Below are positions 31,027 through 41,315 of a stretch of DNA of 64,000 nucleotides, piece by piece. Position 1 is the stretch's first letter. Every line of letters starts with the position of its first letter. The notes under the pieces were generated by a model that had not been told where the DNA came from, searched no databases, and saw only the letters and a program-made list of their open reading frames with translations. This DNA comes from an uncultured Bacteroidota bacterium (GTDB lineage: Bacteria; Bacteroidota; Ignavibacteria; UBA10030; UBA6906), in assembly GCA_963700635.1 (NCBI GenBank), contig CAVOYH010000003.1:1408001-1472000 (forward strand). Reading direction: 5' to 3'. Both the position numbers and the translations under genes were made by a program.

Positions 31027-31890
31027 TTGGCAGAAACCAGGCAGACCGCAACGCTGCTGTTATCATGCGCTGACAGGAGAGGACTCGTATCGAGAATCTC
31101 GCACTTCATTTTCGAGCGCGGGGGGAATATTGTCGATTTGAGCGAGCATGTGGACTCCAACGAGCGGCAGTTCTTTCTGAGGGTTGCCTGGGACATGTCT
31201 GGTTTTTCGATCACGGCGGACGACCTCACCGATGCCTTCGGACCCCTCGCGAGAGAGTTTGATGCGCGCTGGAAGATAAGTCTGAATCACAAGAGACACA
31301 GGGTGGCAATTTTCGTCTCGAAGGATGATCATTGCCTCCTGGAAATCCTCTGGCGGTACACGCTCGGGGAGTTTAACGCTGATATCTGTCTGATCATTTC
31401 GAATCACGAGGGGGTGGCGCCACTCTGCGCACGCTACAATGTGCCGTTTCACGTCTTTGCGAAAACCCCTGAGAATAAAGTGCATCAGGAAGAACTGGAA
31501 CTCGCTTTATTGAAGAAAGAGGCGATTGACACAGTGGTGCTTGCCCGCTACATGCAAATCCTTTCTCCTCATTTTGTTGAGCAATACCCGAGCGCGATCA
31601 TTAACATTCACCATTCGTTTCTTCCTGCCTTCGCCGGAAGCAACCCCTATACGCAGGCATACGAGAGAGGCGTAAAGATCATCGGGGCGACAAGTCACTA
31701 CGTGACGGAAGACCTCGACGAAGGCCCGATTATTGAACAGGACATCAGTCACATATCACATCGGGATTCTATCAAGGACCTTGTCCGGAAAGGCCGTGAT
31801 CTTGAGCGACTGGTTCTGGCCCGGGCTGTACGCCTTCATCTGGAAGATCGGGTCCTCGTCCATGGGAGGAAAACGATAGTGTTCGATTAG
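31027..31890 (+). CDS. purU: Formyltetrahydrofolate deformylase
   Basis: N-terminal ACT domain (CADRRGLV), LARYMQIL, INIHHSFLPAF, GVKIIGATSHYV, LDEGPIIEQ. Confidence 0.95.
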   Translation: MAETRQTATLLLSCADRRGLVSRISHFIFERGGNIVDLSEHVDSNERQFFLRVAWDMSGFSITADDLTDAFGPLAREFDARWKISLNHKRHRVAIFVSKDDHCLLEILWRYTLGEFNADICLIISNHEGVAPLCARYNVPFHVFAKTPENKVHQEELELALLKKEAIDTVVLARYMQILSPHFVEQYPSAIINIHHSFLPAFAGSNPYTQAYERGVKIIGATSHYVTEDLDEGPIIEQDISHISHRDSIKDLVRKGRDLERLVLARAVRLHLEDRVLVHGRKTIVFD

Positions 31891-31980
31891 GAGGGTTCCA
31901 CCATCTTCGGTTGAACGGTGCTATCGTAAAATCTTAAGAATGCGTCCTGGAACGGAGACGTGTGGGTGAGCAGAGTCGTG

Positions 31981-32021
31981 GGCCTCTTCTGTCCGAAAGG
32001 ATCGGAGAGGCCTTCTTTTTT
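31981..32021 (+). terminator. Intrinsic terminator or attenuator hairpin just upstream of the symporter
   Basis: GGCCTCTTCTGTCC-GAAA-GGATCGGAGAGGCC followed by TTCTTTTTT. Confidence 0.75.
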
Positions 32022-32052
32022 GGCACTCCAATACTGAAACAAGGACATCACC

Positions 32053-33837
32053 ATGCACCTGATTGATCAGGGTATTATCGCCGTCTATCTGGTTCTTGTT
32101 ATCGCAACCGGAATTGTTCTTTCCCGCCGGGCGTCAAAAAACTTGGACAATTACTTCCTCGGGGGGAGGTCGGTCCCCTGGTACCTGCTGGGCATCTCCA
32201 ATGCCTCCTCCATGTTTGATATCAGCGGAACCATGTGGCTGGTCTATATGGTCTTTGTGTACGGACTCAAGGGCATCTGGATGCCCTGGATGTGGCCCAC
32301 ATTCAACCAGATCTTCTTTATGATTTATATTGCAATCTGGGTCCGGCGCTCCAATGTCCTGACGGGCGCCGAATGGATAAAAACCCGGTTTGGCCCGGGC
32401 CGGGGGAGTGAGCTCTCGAGCCTGAGCGTCACCATCTTTGCACTTGTCAGCGTGATCGGACTCCTCACCTATACCTTTCAGGGGATCGGTAAATTTGCGA
32501 CGGTGTTTCTCCCCTGGGATCTTTCGGCCAATATGTACGCAATCCTTCTCATGGGAATTACCACGATCTACGTTCTCCTCGGGGGGATGTACAGTGTTGT
32601 CATCACCGATCTGCTGCAATTTATATTACTCTGCATCACCTCTGTGATTATCGGGGTTATTGCACTCACCAAGGTATCGCCCGAAATGCTGGCAGCGGTT
32701 GTGCCTGAAGGGTGGCTTGACCTCTCGATCGGGTGGCATCTGAACCTTGACTGGTCCAAGCTCATCCCCGCGGTGAACGACCAGATCCATGCCGACGGCT
32801 ATTCGTTGTTCTTTATCTTTTTCTTCATGATTGTGTTCAAAGGGATACTGAACAGTATGGCAGGCCCGGTCCCGACATACGACATGCAGCGTATGCTGGC
32901 AGCGCGGACCCCCAGAGAAGCCGGCCTCATGAATGCTATCGTCTCTGTGGCGCTGGTGCCCCGCTGGATCATGGTGCCCGCCGTGGCAGTGCTCGCTGTG
33001 GTGTTTTTCGGCCCCGAACTCAATGCGATGGGAAACAATATCGACTTCGAGCTCGTGCTGCCGCATGTCATCAACAAGTTTGTTCCGGTGGGAGTGACGG
33101 GGCTGCTGCTTGCGGGGTTGCTCGCAGCGTTTATGTCCACCTTTGATTCGACGGTCAATTGCGGGGCGGCGTACGTCGTGAATGACATCTACAAAAAATA
33201 CATCAACCCAGAGGGCACAGACAGACAATACATCATGGCAAGTTATCTTGCATCTATTCTGCTGGTGGTCACGGGTGTGTTGTTCGGGCTCCTTCCCAAT
33301 TCCATCAATGCCATTACCGAATGGATTGTGTTTGGACTGGCGGGTGGGTATACGGCTCCCAATATTCTCCGGTGGCACTGGTGGCGGTTTAATGGCTATG
33401 GTTATTTCTGGGGGATGATGAGCGGCGTCATTTTTGCCCTTACATTTGGACAGATTTTCCCGGGCATCTCCGCCGTCAACAGTTTTCCCCTTATTCTCGC
33501 AGTGTCTACGCTGTGCAGCGTGGGGGCAAGCCTGCTTACAAAACCGGATGCCGAAGCGACCCTGATACACTTCTACAAACAGGTCCGGCCGTGGGGATTC
33601 TGGCAGCCGATCTATGAAAAAGTGATCATTGATACCCCTCAGTTCAAGAAGAACACGCAGGCCGCCCGCGACCTCAGCAACGTCGCCATCGGTATTGTCT
33701 GGCAAACCTCCTTACGACTGGTTCCCGTGTTCCTGATTGTATTTGAACTGACATCCATGTGGGTCGCGGTGGGACTGGTGATTGTGACGACGGTGCTGCT
33801 AAAAAAGAACTGGTATGACAAGCTGGAAGATGCCTAG
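32053..33837 (+). CDS. Sodium:solute symporter family protein
   Basis: YFLGGRSVPW, GGMYSVVITD, QRMLAA, GLLAAFMST; about 14 TM helices. Confidence 0.9.
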   Translation: MHLIDQGIIAVYLVLVIATGIVLSRRASKNLDNYFLGGRSVPWYLLGISNASSMFDISGTMWLVYMVFVYGLKGIWMPWMWPTFNQIFFMIYIAIWVRRSNVLTGAEWIKTRFGPGRGSELSSLSVTIFALVSVIGLLTYTFQGIGKFATVFLPWDLSANMYAILLMGITTIYVLLGGMYSVVITDLLQFILLCITSVIIGVIALTKVSPEMLAAVVPEGWLDLSIGWHLNLDWSKLIPAVNDQIHADGYSLFFIFFFMIVFKGILNSMAGPVPTYDMQRMLAARTPREAGLMNAIVSVALVPRWIMVPAVAVLAVVFFGPELNAMGNNIDFELVLPHVINKFVPVGVTGLLLAGLLAAFMSTFDSTVNCGAAYVVNDIYKKYINPEGTDRQYIMASYLASILLVVTGVLFGLLPNSINAITEWIVFGLAGGYTAPNILRWHWWRFNGYGYFWGMMSGVIFALTFGQIFPGISAVNSFPLILAVSTLCSVGASLLTKPDAEATLIHFYKQVRPWGFWQPIYEKVIIDTPQFKKNTQAARDLSNVAIGIVWQTSLRLVPVFLIVFELTSMWVAVGLVIVTTVLLKKNWYDKLEDA

Positions 33838-33878
33838 GTGATATCCGGCAAAGCTTCTGTATTGATAAGGAAGAGGAC

Positions 33879-35426
33879 ATGAGAATACTGATTGTAATAA
33901 CTCTGCTTGTCGCGGGTGCGCTGGCGGACTGGAATAGGACCGACACCCATGTTCCGCCTACGTTGCTCATCACAAGCGATTTTGGCAGCGTGCGGCGATG
34001 CAAGACTGCGGAAGAGGTTATTGCCGTCGCACGGATAATGATTTCCGCCAAACCGGATATCATGGCGCTGGATGCTACGGCGAACGGACTCGTCAACTAC
34101 AAGAGTACAATCGGCTTTTTGATTCCCGGAGGCAACTTTGACGCCCTGCTGGAAGCCGGACTCGAGCCATTTCGCATGATGGTGGACACGTTGCGTACCC
34201 ATGGCATCACGGTGCTGGCCAATGTGCGGATGAACGACCATCACGGCAGACCGGAACAATGGACCCCCTGGGAACGGGCACACACGGAATGGTCGCTGGC
34301 AAAAGACACCGGTGCCCGTGACTGGAAATCGATCGGCGCACTGCGGCATATGGATTATGCCATCGAGGGCGTCCGGAATTACCGATTTTCAATACTGGAA
34401 GAGATTCTGAGAGAATTCGATGTCGACGGGTTACAACTTGATTTTGGCCGGACCGCTCCGTTTCTGTCGGAACCAAAGGGTGAAAACGCACGGCTCATGA
34501 CAGAGTATGTACGCAGGATTCGTCACCTTCTGGACACAACTGCGCGTACGCGGCAGCGTGAGAAGATGCTGCTGGGAGTTCTTGTGCCATGGGATCTCGA
34601 CTTTTGTACGCAGGAGGGCTTGCAGGTCCAGGCCTGGATTGAGCAGGAACTGATAGATTATGTGTCGCCTGGAGAATGGTACTACGCTGACTGGAATATT
34701 CCCCTGGATCGCTGGCGCGCCATAACGCAGGGTTCACACTGCAAACTCTACCCGTTCACACCCGGGAATGTGTCCCCCTACCAGGAGTTTGAATATGGCG
34801 AGCCATCTCTGCTGGGTGACAACAAAATCCTTGATCCCCCCAAACTTCGCGCTCTGGCTGACAACCTGATATCCCAGAATCCCGATGGATTTGCCCTCTA
34901 TAATTTTTACACATTCGATTTTGGCGCATATTATCCGCACTTACGAACGTGGACAGATCCGCAACAGACAACGCAGATGTCAAAACACTATCTGTATTGC
35001 CGGAGACTGATGTACCACGCCAACGAACGGGAAACATTTGACACGGGTGTGGCCTTCGAACGTCCATTGCTGGAACGGGTCGGAGATCGGGTGGAATTAC
35101 CATTCCGGTTTTCAACCCGGACAGCGGATGTCCGAACGACTCTTCGGTGTGTATTCAATCACATGTCCGAAAATGAAAACATCATCGTCCGGGTGAATGG
35201 TAGTATCGTGTCGCCGGAAACGCTGCGGAGCAAGTCGGCTCAGCCGGGAAGCACGGCCGGTTCGGACGTTCGGGTCTGGGAGAGTGTAATCCTCTCGCCA
35301 CCCCTCCGGACGGGTGACAACATCATTGAGTGGGAGTTGACAAAGAGGGAAGGGAGAAGGCCTGACGGGATCGCGGTCGGTGAGTTCGAGATTCTGGTCG
35401 ATCCTGACGTTGCGGACCCGGGTTGA
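33879..35426 (+). CDS. Secreted glycoside hydrolase-like protein (GHL10/DUF187-like TIM barrel plus C-terminal beta domain)
   Basis: Signal peptide; VRMNDHH, DYAIEGVR, FDVDGLQLDFGR, GFALYNF. Confidence 0.65.
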   Translation: MRILIVITLLVAGALADWNRTDTHVPPTLLITSDFGSVRRCKTAEEVIAVARIMISAKPDIMALDATANGLVNYKSTIGFLIPGGNFDALLEAGLEPFRMMVDTLRTHGITVLANVRMNDHHGRPEQWTPWERAHTEWSLAKDTGARDWKSIGALRHMDYAIEGVRNYRFSILEEILREFDVDGLQLDFGRTAPFLSEPKGENARLMTEYVRRIRHLLDTTARTRQREKMLLGVLVPWDLDFCTQEGLQVQAWIEQELIDYVSPGEWYYADWNIPLDRWRAITQGSHCKLYPFTPGNVSPYQEFEYGEPSLLGDNKILDPPKLRALADNLISQNPDGFALYNFYTFDFGAYYPHLRTWTDPQQTTQMSKHYLYCRRLMYHANERETFDTGVAFERPLLERVGDRVELPFRFSTRTADVRTTLRCVFNHMSENENIIVRVNGSIVSPETLRSKSAQPGSTAGSDVRVWESVILSPPLRTGDNIIEWELTKREGRRPDGIAVGEFEILVDPDVADPG

Positions 35427-35446
35427 GGGCACACACTCCGGCCGGA

Positions 35447-36520
35447 CTACGGTTGTAGAAGTTTCTGCTTGATATCCAGATAGTAACGATAGTTGTCAAA
35501 CGTTACATCCGGCGGGACACGGTGATCGACGCAGGGGACATAACGTCCCTGCTCCACCAGAGGGCGTAGGCGTTGTATCTCTGCATCGATGGCTTGTCGG
35601 CCGGCGATAAGCGCGTGCTTATCCACGGCGCCGAAAAGCAAGACAGACGGATTGTCGTTTCTGAGCGTAAATGCGTTGGTGTGCGCGGCCTCGAGGGGAA
35701 ACATGCAGTTGATGCCAGCCTCCAGCCAGCCGGGCGCGAGCTCGTGAATACGGCCGTCACAATCCAGCACGTTTATGTCGATCCCGCGTCCGCGCAACGC
35801 CCGGGTGATGTTTTTGTACCGGGGGATCATGAGTTCCCTGAAAAGGCGGGGGGAAAGGAGCGGACCTCTGTTGTAGCACATGTCTTCCCACCACCATGCA
35901 AGGTCCACGCCCCGGGCCGGCAGCGCCCGATCAATCAGGTTGATGGTTAAGCCGGTGAGATGGTCCATCATCTCTTCAACCCACGGCCGGTCGGTCATCA
36001 GGGCCACCGAAAAGCCCTCTACCCCCATCCAGTTTCTTAACCAGCCGTAGAGTGATCCGGCAGAGAAGAATACCGGGCGGCCCGTCAGCTGTGCCTGCCG
36101 GAGGAATGTCTCCACATCCCCGATCCTTCCCTCCGCATCCGGATCAAGATGCTCCCGGCGGAGACGTTCCCAGTCGTCCCGGGTTTCCAATCCGTATCGG
36201 ACATACCGTGGTATCGACGAGCTGCTGGAGAAGATCTCGCAGGTGTTCCCCTCCTCGTCTCTGATCATCTCACGGTCCCCTTCTCTGGAAAGGAGGATCC
36301 GCTCGAAGGGTGGAAAAAGACCGTTCCGTACCGGGAGTTCTTCGAACAGGGTGATACCATCGAGGCCGAAATACTCCTCGGCGGCGGCATCAGTCATCAC
36401 CGCCGACGGTAAACCCTGCGAGTGCCAGGCGGCGAGGGTTTCGCTCCAGTAACCGAATTCCACGTTTGGAATCCGGTCTGTGTTCTGGCCTCTGAGCACG
36501 GCCAGTATTTGTTCTCTCAC
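35447..36520 (-). CDS. Uroporphyrinogen decarboxylase/MtaA-CmuA superfamily protein
   Basis: DRIP, GWLRNWMG, WEDM, LLSP, DCDG, FPLE, VDK, CVDHRVPP. Confidence 0.82.
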   Translation of the reverse strand: MREQILAVLRGQNTDRIPNVEFGYWSETLAAWHSQGLPSAVMTDAAAEEYFGLDGITLFEELPVRNGLFPPFERILLSREGDREMIRDEEGNTCEIFSSSSSIPRYVRYGLETRDDWERLRREHLDPDAEGRIGDVETFLRQAQLTGRPVFFSAGSLYGWLRNWMGVEGFSVALMTDRPWVEEMMDHLTGLTINLIDRALPARGVDLAWWWEDMCYNRGPLLSPRLFRELMIPRYKNITRALRGRGIDINVLDCDGRIHELAPGWLEAGINCMFPLEAAHTNAFTLRNDNPSVLLFGAVDKHALIAGRQAIDAEIQRLRPLVEQGRYVPCVDHRVPPDVTFDNYRYYLDIKQKLLQP

Positions 36521-36744
36521 GGTCAGGTGATAAACTCAAGAAATGTTGGACAACAAGGTACGCACCCCCGGTTCAAACTTCAAGTGTACCGGGTGGCAAT
36601 TTCGGATTCATGACAGGATACTATAGAGGGATCAGGTCGTTGAGTCAGGTAATCACTTGCCATTGGCCGCCAATGGTCTTATCATGCTCGAGATGGTGTT
36701 TCGGCACCAGGTTCATCCAATCACACACTTCCCATCGCACGCCT

Positions 36745-36921
36745 ATGGCCCGATTCGTCCGAAAACGTGATCAGTTGCAGGGGCAGGTCCCCGGCTCTCT
36801 GATTTTTGTCGGCACCAAAAAGGTCGAACAAACCTCGATTCATGTGATGCACTACGACTCGGAGGAGGAAGTTGTCCATGCGGAGCAGTTGAACATCTAC
36901 CATTCCACCCTCAGCAACTGA
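36745..36921 (+). pseudogene. corA: Truncated N-terminus of a CorA-family Mg/Co transporter
   Basis: MARFVRKR..QGQVPGSLIFVGTKKVEQTSIHVMHYD resembles CorA N-termini; the frame ends at the IS terminus after about 58 codons. Confidence 0.6.
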
Positions 36922-37490
36922 CCTGCCCCCGGTTCGTGTGCCAATGTTGATCTCGGTTTTCCCTTGTCTCAGGCATTGGCAACCTGGTGCAGGGAGTGTG
37001 CTTCCGGGGCTGGTGCACGATAGCCCAGAGAGCTGTGCGGCCTGATTGTGTTCTAGAGCCGCCTCCAGTCTTCCGTCACTACTCTCGCTTCCAGGACCGT
37101 GTCAAAGATCTCCCCGTTGAGCAGCTCGTCTATGAGCTTGCCGTTGAACGACTCGATGTACCCGTTTTCCCACAGACTCCCCGGTTCGATGAACAGTGTC
37201 TTGACACCGAGCCGCCCCAGCCACTCCCGAATCAGGTCAGCTGTAAACTCTGATCCGTTGTCTGACCTGAGGTAGTCCGGCGCTCCACGTTCGATGAAGA
37301 GTTCCGATTGTTCAAAGATCACATCTGTTGCCTTGAGCTACCGCCCTATGTGGATTCTGAGGCACTCCCGCGTGTATTCATCCATGATGTTCAACATCCG
37401 CAGCGGTTTTCCGTCTGTGGTCCGCTCAGTCACAAAATCATAACTCCAGACGTGGTTCGCGTACTCGGGTCGCAGGCGGATACCGGATTG
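36919..37490 (-). mobile_element. IS3-family (IS407-group-like) remnant: rve integrase core plus right terminal inverted repeat, two in-frame stops, left part missing
   Basis: Minus strand IRLRPEYANHVWSYDFV...DEYTRECL..GR*LKAT...RSDNGSEF...PGSLWENGYIESFNGK...WRRL*NTIRPHSSLGY; element end ...GGGGGCAGGTCA at 36919. Confidence 0.88.
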
Positions 37491-37495
37491 CTGAT

Positions 37496-38224
37496 GTGTT
37501 GGTGGACAGTGTTTCCGTCGGCAAGATGGCCAGGTATACCTTCGCCAAGGTTACTACCAGGCGGACGATCAGTGCCGGTTTTTATCTCAACGCGCTACCC
37601 ACGGCCCCTGTGCCGCTCGTACCTGCCGATGCGGATACAGTACGTCTGTATCCCACACCGGTGCCGGTCACGTTTACATGGCGCGGCTCATTTGATGGTG
37701 ATGCGACAGATACGTTGAGGTATTCTGTGCGCGTCCTGGGGCCCGGTCTGGACACAACCGTTGCCGGTTTGCAGGATACGAGCGTCAGTCTGAATATCAT
37801 GCCCCGGTTGCAGGTATTGTCGACATATAGTTGGACGGTCAGGGTAACAGACGGATTCGCCACAATCACCTCACCGGATAGTTTCACATTCCGGACAACA
37901 AGTATCATCACTGCCATACACACGGTATCGAATGATATCCCGGGGGAATACGCGTTGCGACAGAATTTCCCCAATCCATTTAATCCCAGCACGACGATAC
38001 AATTCGAGTTGCGGGAAAACGCGAATATCCGGCTGGTCATCTACGACGTTCTCGGAAAAGAGATTGTCACTCTCGCGCAAGGTGAACGCGAGGCGGGATA
38101 TCACTCGGTGGTGTGGGATGCGCGATCAGCCGCAAGTGGAACCTATTATGCCCGTTTCACGGCGACGGGTGAGGGCGGGAAACTACACTACACCAGGGTC
38201 AACAAACTGCTCTTGATGAAGTGA
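37496..38224 (+). pseudogene. 5'-truncated T9SS cargo gene (Ig/FN3-like domain plus CTD)
   Basis: Begins directly at the IS breakpoint with no signal peptide or RBS; QNFPNPFNPST...KLLLMK. Confidence 0.7.
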
Positions 38225-38342
38225 CCTGGATCGTGCCGAGGTGGAAAAACTTCTCAAGTAGCAGCCGGCATCAAGTCCATGCCGGGGATGGATGTCACGA
38301 AGCCAAGCGGGGAGACGTGCGCCCGGACCCGTCGATGGGTGG

Positions 38343-39434
38343 TTATTTGATCGACGAGGGCTCTCTGTAGAAATATGGCGCTTCCAGCGTCGCCATTCCT
38401 ACCTGCGACTTTCCCCCCTTCAGGTAGGAACCGTACGGCTCAGACCTGGCAGTGCCGCCGCCGTATCCTTCATACCACATGTAGTATCTGCCGTTGATCT
38501 TCTCGACAGTCGTGAACCATATCGCACCTTCGTCCCACGCCCCGGCGGGCCCACGGGAAAAGATGGGATTGCCCGGATATTTTCTCCAGTGAATGAGGTC
38601 GCTGGAGGAGGCGAGGCCGGCATGCGCAGGGTAGTCGTTGTGCCGGTCGGATGCACAGTACATCATGTAATACGCCCCTCCTTCAGAGAAGATCCGGGGT
38701 GTTTCGGTTGTGTGGCTGTCCCAGGAGCCCTGAGGTCCGACCGGAATGACGGGTTCAGGAGACACTTCACTGAAGTTGTATCCATCGTCCGACGTCGCAA
38801 GATGGATCTGATATCCCGGTCCGGCCGGCTTCTTCTTCCAGAAATACAGATAGAATACTCCCTGGTGGTACACCACTTCGGGTGCTCCACCGATGACGAC
38901 CGGGTTCTTCTGATACTTTGTAAAATGTGTTCCGTCATCGGAAACGGCAAGACACACGGATCGATCTGCTTTCGGGCTGACACCGGTGTAATAGAGGAAT
39001 ACCTTTCCATCGACGAGCACCGTGGCCGGGTCCAGCGCATGGTTTTCGTCCCAGCTCCCTGGCCCGCCCACGTCGATGATCGGTTCCGGTTCGATCTGCC
39101 ATGTCACACCATCAAAGCGGTCGGCCGGTATGGTGCCGACTCCGATACGGTCATGTCCGTCCCGCTGGCCGCGGAAATACATATAAAGCGTATCACCCTT
39201 TCGAAGAAGGTCCGGGTTGGCGGTCTGGGATTCCATCCATGTTCCGGGGACGGCAGGGAAAACGGGGTTTCCTTCGTAGCGGGCCCACGTCCAGGCCGTA
39301 GTATCCGCGTTGCCACCATGTCTTTCCGTTGATGTTTGTTGTTCTGGTTGCGCCCCGAGCGGTGAGAATTGAGCGACCACTGCTGTCAGGATCAGTACGG
39401 GGAAGACTATTGTCAGACCTAACTTCACGGGCAC
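38343..39434 (-). CDS. Secreted five-bladed beta-propeller glycosidase-like protein (GH43/GH32/GH130-like)
   Basis: Signal peptide; repeated NP(V/I)..G..G.WD blades, ATSDDG, SSDLIHW. Confidence 0.7.
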   Translation of the reverse strand: MPVKLGLTIVFPVLILTAVVAQFSPLGAQPEQQTSTERHGGNADTTAWTWARYEGNPVFPAVPGTWMESQTANPDLLRKGDTLYMYFRGQRDGHDRIGVGTIPADRFDGVTWQIEPEPIIDVGGPGSWDENHALDPATVLVDGKVFLYYTGVSPKADRSVCLAVSDDGTHFTKYQKNPVVIGGAPEVVYHQGVFYLYFWKKKPAGPGYQIHLATSDDGYNFSEVSPEPVIPVGPQGSWDSHTTETPRIFSEGGAYYMMYCASDRHNDYPAHAGLASSSDLIHWRKYPGNPIFSRGPAGAWDEGAIWFTTVEKINGRYYMWYEGYGGGTARSEPYGSYLKGGKSQVGMATLEAPYFYREPSSIK

Positions 39435-39511
39435 CTCGGAGAGTGGAGGAGTTGAGATGTGGTCGTCTTTTCAGCAACGAACGGTGAATCCGGCCCACGC
39501 CGGACGACATT

Positions 39512-41188
39512 TTATGCTCGAAGAACCTTTCCCGGCTTTGCCGCGGTCTGCACGTTGTTGTCCACAACCAGCACGCCGTTAACGATGACATACGGGATGC
39601 CGTCGGGGAAGTGGTGTGGATCGGTGAACTCCGACCTATCGGCAATACCGGCATAATCAAAGAGCACGATATCCGCTGCCTTCCCCTGAACGATCGTACC
39701 GCGGTCTTGCAGTCCCAGCACCTCGGCCGGGAGAGAGGTCATCTTCCGAATCATGTCGGGCAGCGTAGTAATTTGCCGCGTGCGCTGGTAGTGCGCTATG
39801 GCCCGGGGGAACGTGCCGTATGATCTCGGATGGGGCCAGGAACCATCTCCGGGGTAGTGCGGACCTGCATCCGAGGCCACCATCGAATTCTTCCACGCGA
39901 GCACCATTTCTGTACCTGCCTCATCCATGCCAAATCCCACCATGCCTACTCCGGCATTCTCCTGAAGCTGCAGGGCAACAACGAAGTCGTATGGATCCGC
40001 GGATTCCTCGGTAATAATCTGCTGGATAGTTTTCCCCTGGTATTTCTTATTCGTCCCGGTCTTGACGCTGGAGATGAGTACGGAGTCCCATGAACCCAGG
40101 CCGTCGACTTTCCGTTGAACCTCGTCGCGGAGGCGCTCGGCCAGGGTGGGATCCTTCAATCGTTCCAGGAACCTGTCTGTACCTCCATCGCGGGCCCACA
40201 GCGGGAAAAGATTCGTCAGTCCCGTGTTGAATGCCACGTAGGGATACCGGTCGGCATGCGCGTCCAGTCCCGCATTGACGGCGGCATCAAGCATACGCAG
40301 GGCGGTTTCCTGCTTCGGCCAGTTGACCTTGTTTTGCGCCTTAAGGTGGGAGACCTGAAGCCGCGCCCCGGATGTCCGCGCGATCGTAATGGCTTCCGTG
40401 AGCGCCTCCAGAACCCGGTTGTCTTCATTACGCATGTGCGTGGCGTACAAGCGGTGGTTCAGAGGAAGCGCACGCATCACCTCTGCAAGTTCCGCCTCCG
40501 AGGCAAAGCTCCCCGGAGTGTATTCGAGTCCTGTGCTGGCGCCGCGGCATCCCTGTTCCACGGCCCTGCGTGCCGCGTCTCCCATTGCCACGATTTCGTC
40601 GCCGGTGGCAGGGCGGTCATCAAAACCCACGAATACCGCCCGGAGTGTTCCCAGACCCACGAACGAGACAAAATTCTGGGCCATGCCATGTGAGGCGAGA
40701 GCGGTGAAAAAGCCGTCCATATCGCGGTATGGACAGTCAAAGCCGAACGTTTCCCGAAAGTTATGGAGTGACTCTGACCCTCCGGATCCACCGATGGGTG
40801 CGACAGAGTCGCCATCCTGTCCGGCGACTTCCGTTGTCACCCCCTGCCGTACTTTGCTCTGCGCGTAGGGATTCTTGAAGAGGTCCAGTTCGGTGTGAGA
40901 ATGGATGTCAATAAAGCCGGGAACAACCTTCAGTCCGTTGGCATCAATCACCCGGGCGGCAGAAACATCGGAGAGATTACCAAGGGCGGCAATCATTCCG
41001 TCACGGATTCCGACGTCCAGCCGGCGCTCGGGCGTCCCTGTTCCGTCCAGGACCATGCCGTTCAGGATCACCAGATCCAGGCCCGGCCTGGCGGTAAAGC
41101 GGCCGGAAGTACATCCTGCGAGGATTGCCGCGGTGCCGGTACCGGCGAGGGTGTACAGGAACGACCTGCGGGATGTGGGTGCGTCCAT
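39512..41188 (-). CDS. N-acyl-D-amino-acid deacylase (amidohydrolase) with a Tat/lipoprotein signal
   Basis: ATG 41188; SRRSFL...ILAGC; PGFIDIHSH, GVTTEV, THMRNE, SHLK, ASD, HPRSYGTFPR. Confidence 0.85.
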   Translation of the reverse strand: MDAPTSRRSFLYTLAGTGTAAILAGCTSGRFTARPGLDLVILNGMVLDGTGTPERRLDVGIRDGMIAALGNLSDVSAARVIDANGLKVVPGFIDIHSHTELDLFKNPYAQSKVRQGVTTEVAGQDGDSVAPIGGSGGSESLHNFRETFGFDCPYRDMDGFFTALASHGMAQNFVSFVGLGTLRAVFVGFDDRPATGDEIVAMGDAARRAVEQGCRGASTGLEYTPGSFASEAELAEVMRALPLNHRLYATHMRNEDNRVLEALTEAITIARTSGARLQVSHLKAQNKVNWPKQETALRMLDAAVNAGLDAHADRYPYVAFNTGLTNLFPLWARDGGTDRFLERLKDPTLAERLRDEVQRKVDGLGSWDSVLISSVKTGTNKKYQGKTIQQIITEESADPYDFVVALQLQENAGVGMVGFGMDEAGTEMVLAWKNSMVASDAGPHYPGDGSWPHPRSYGTFPRAIAHYQRTRQITTLPDMIRKMTSLPAEVLGLQDRGTIVQGKAADIVLFDYAGIADRSEFTDPHHFPDGIPYVIVNGVLVVDNNVQTAAKPGKVLRA

Positions 41189-41315
41189 AATCCGTGAGCC
41201 CTTTCGATTGTGTGTCAATATATGGCGAAACGTAAAATGTTGCAAGGGATCAAATGATTGGCGATTTGTTCCGAGGAGGGTTAGATTAGAGGGTAGAGAC
41301 AATTAAGAGGAGAGC

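Noticed and set aside
36688-36744. Fluoride or Mg riboswitch before the corA stub (CGAGATGGTGTTTCG)
   Set aside because: The 3' pseudoknot partner is missing and there is no M-box-sized leader
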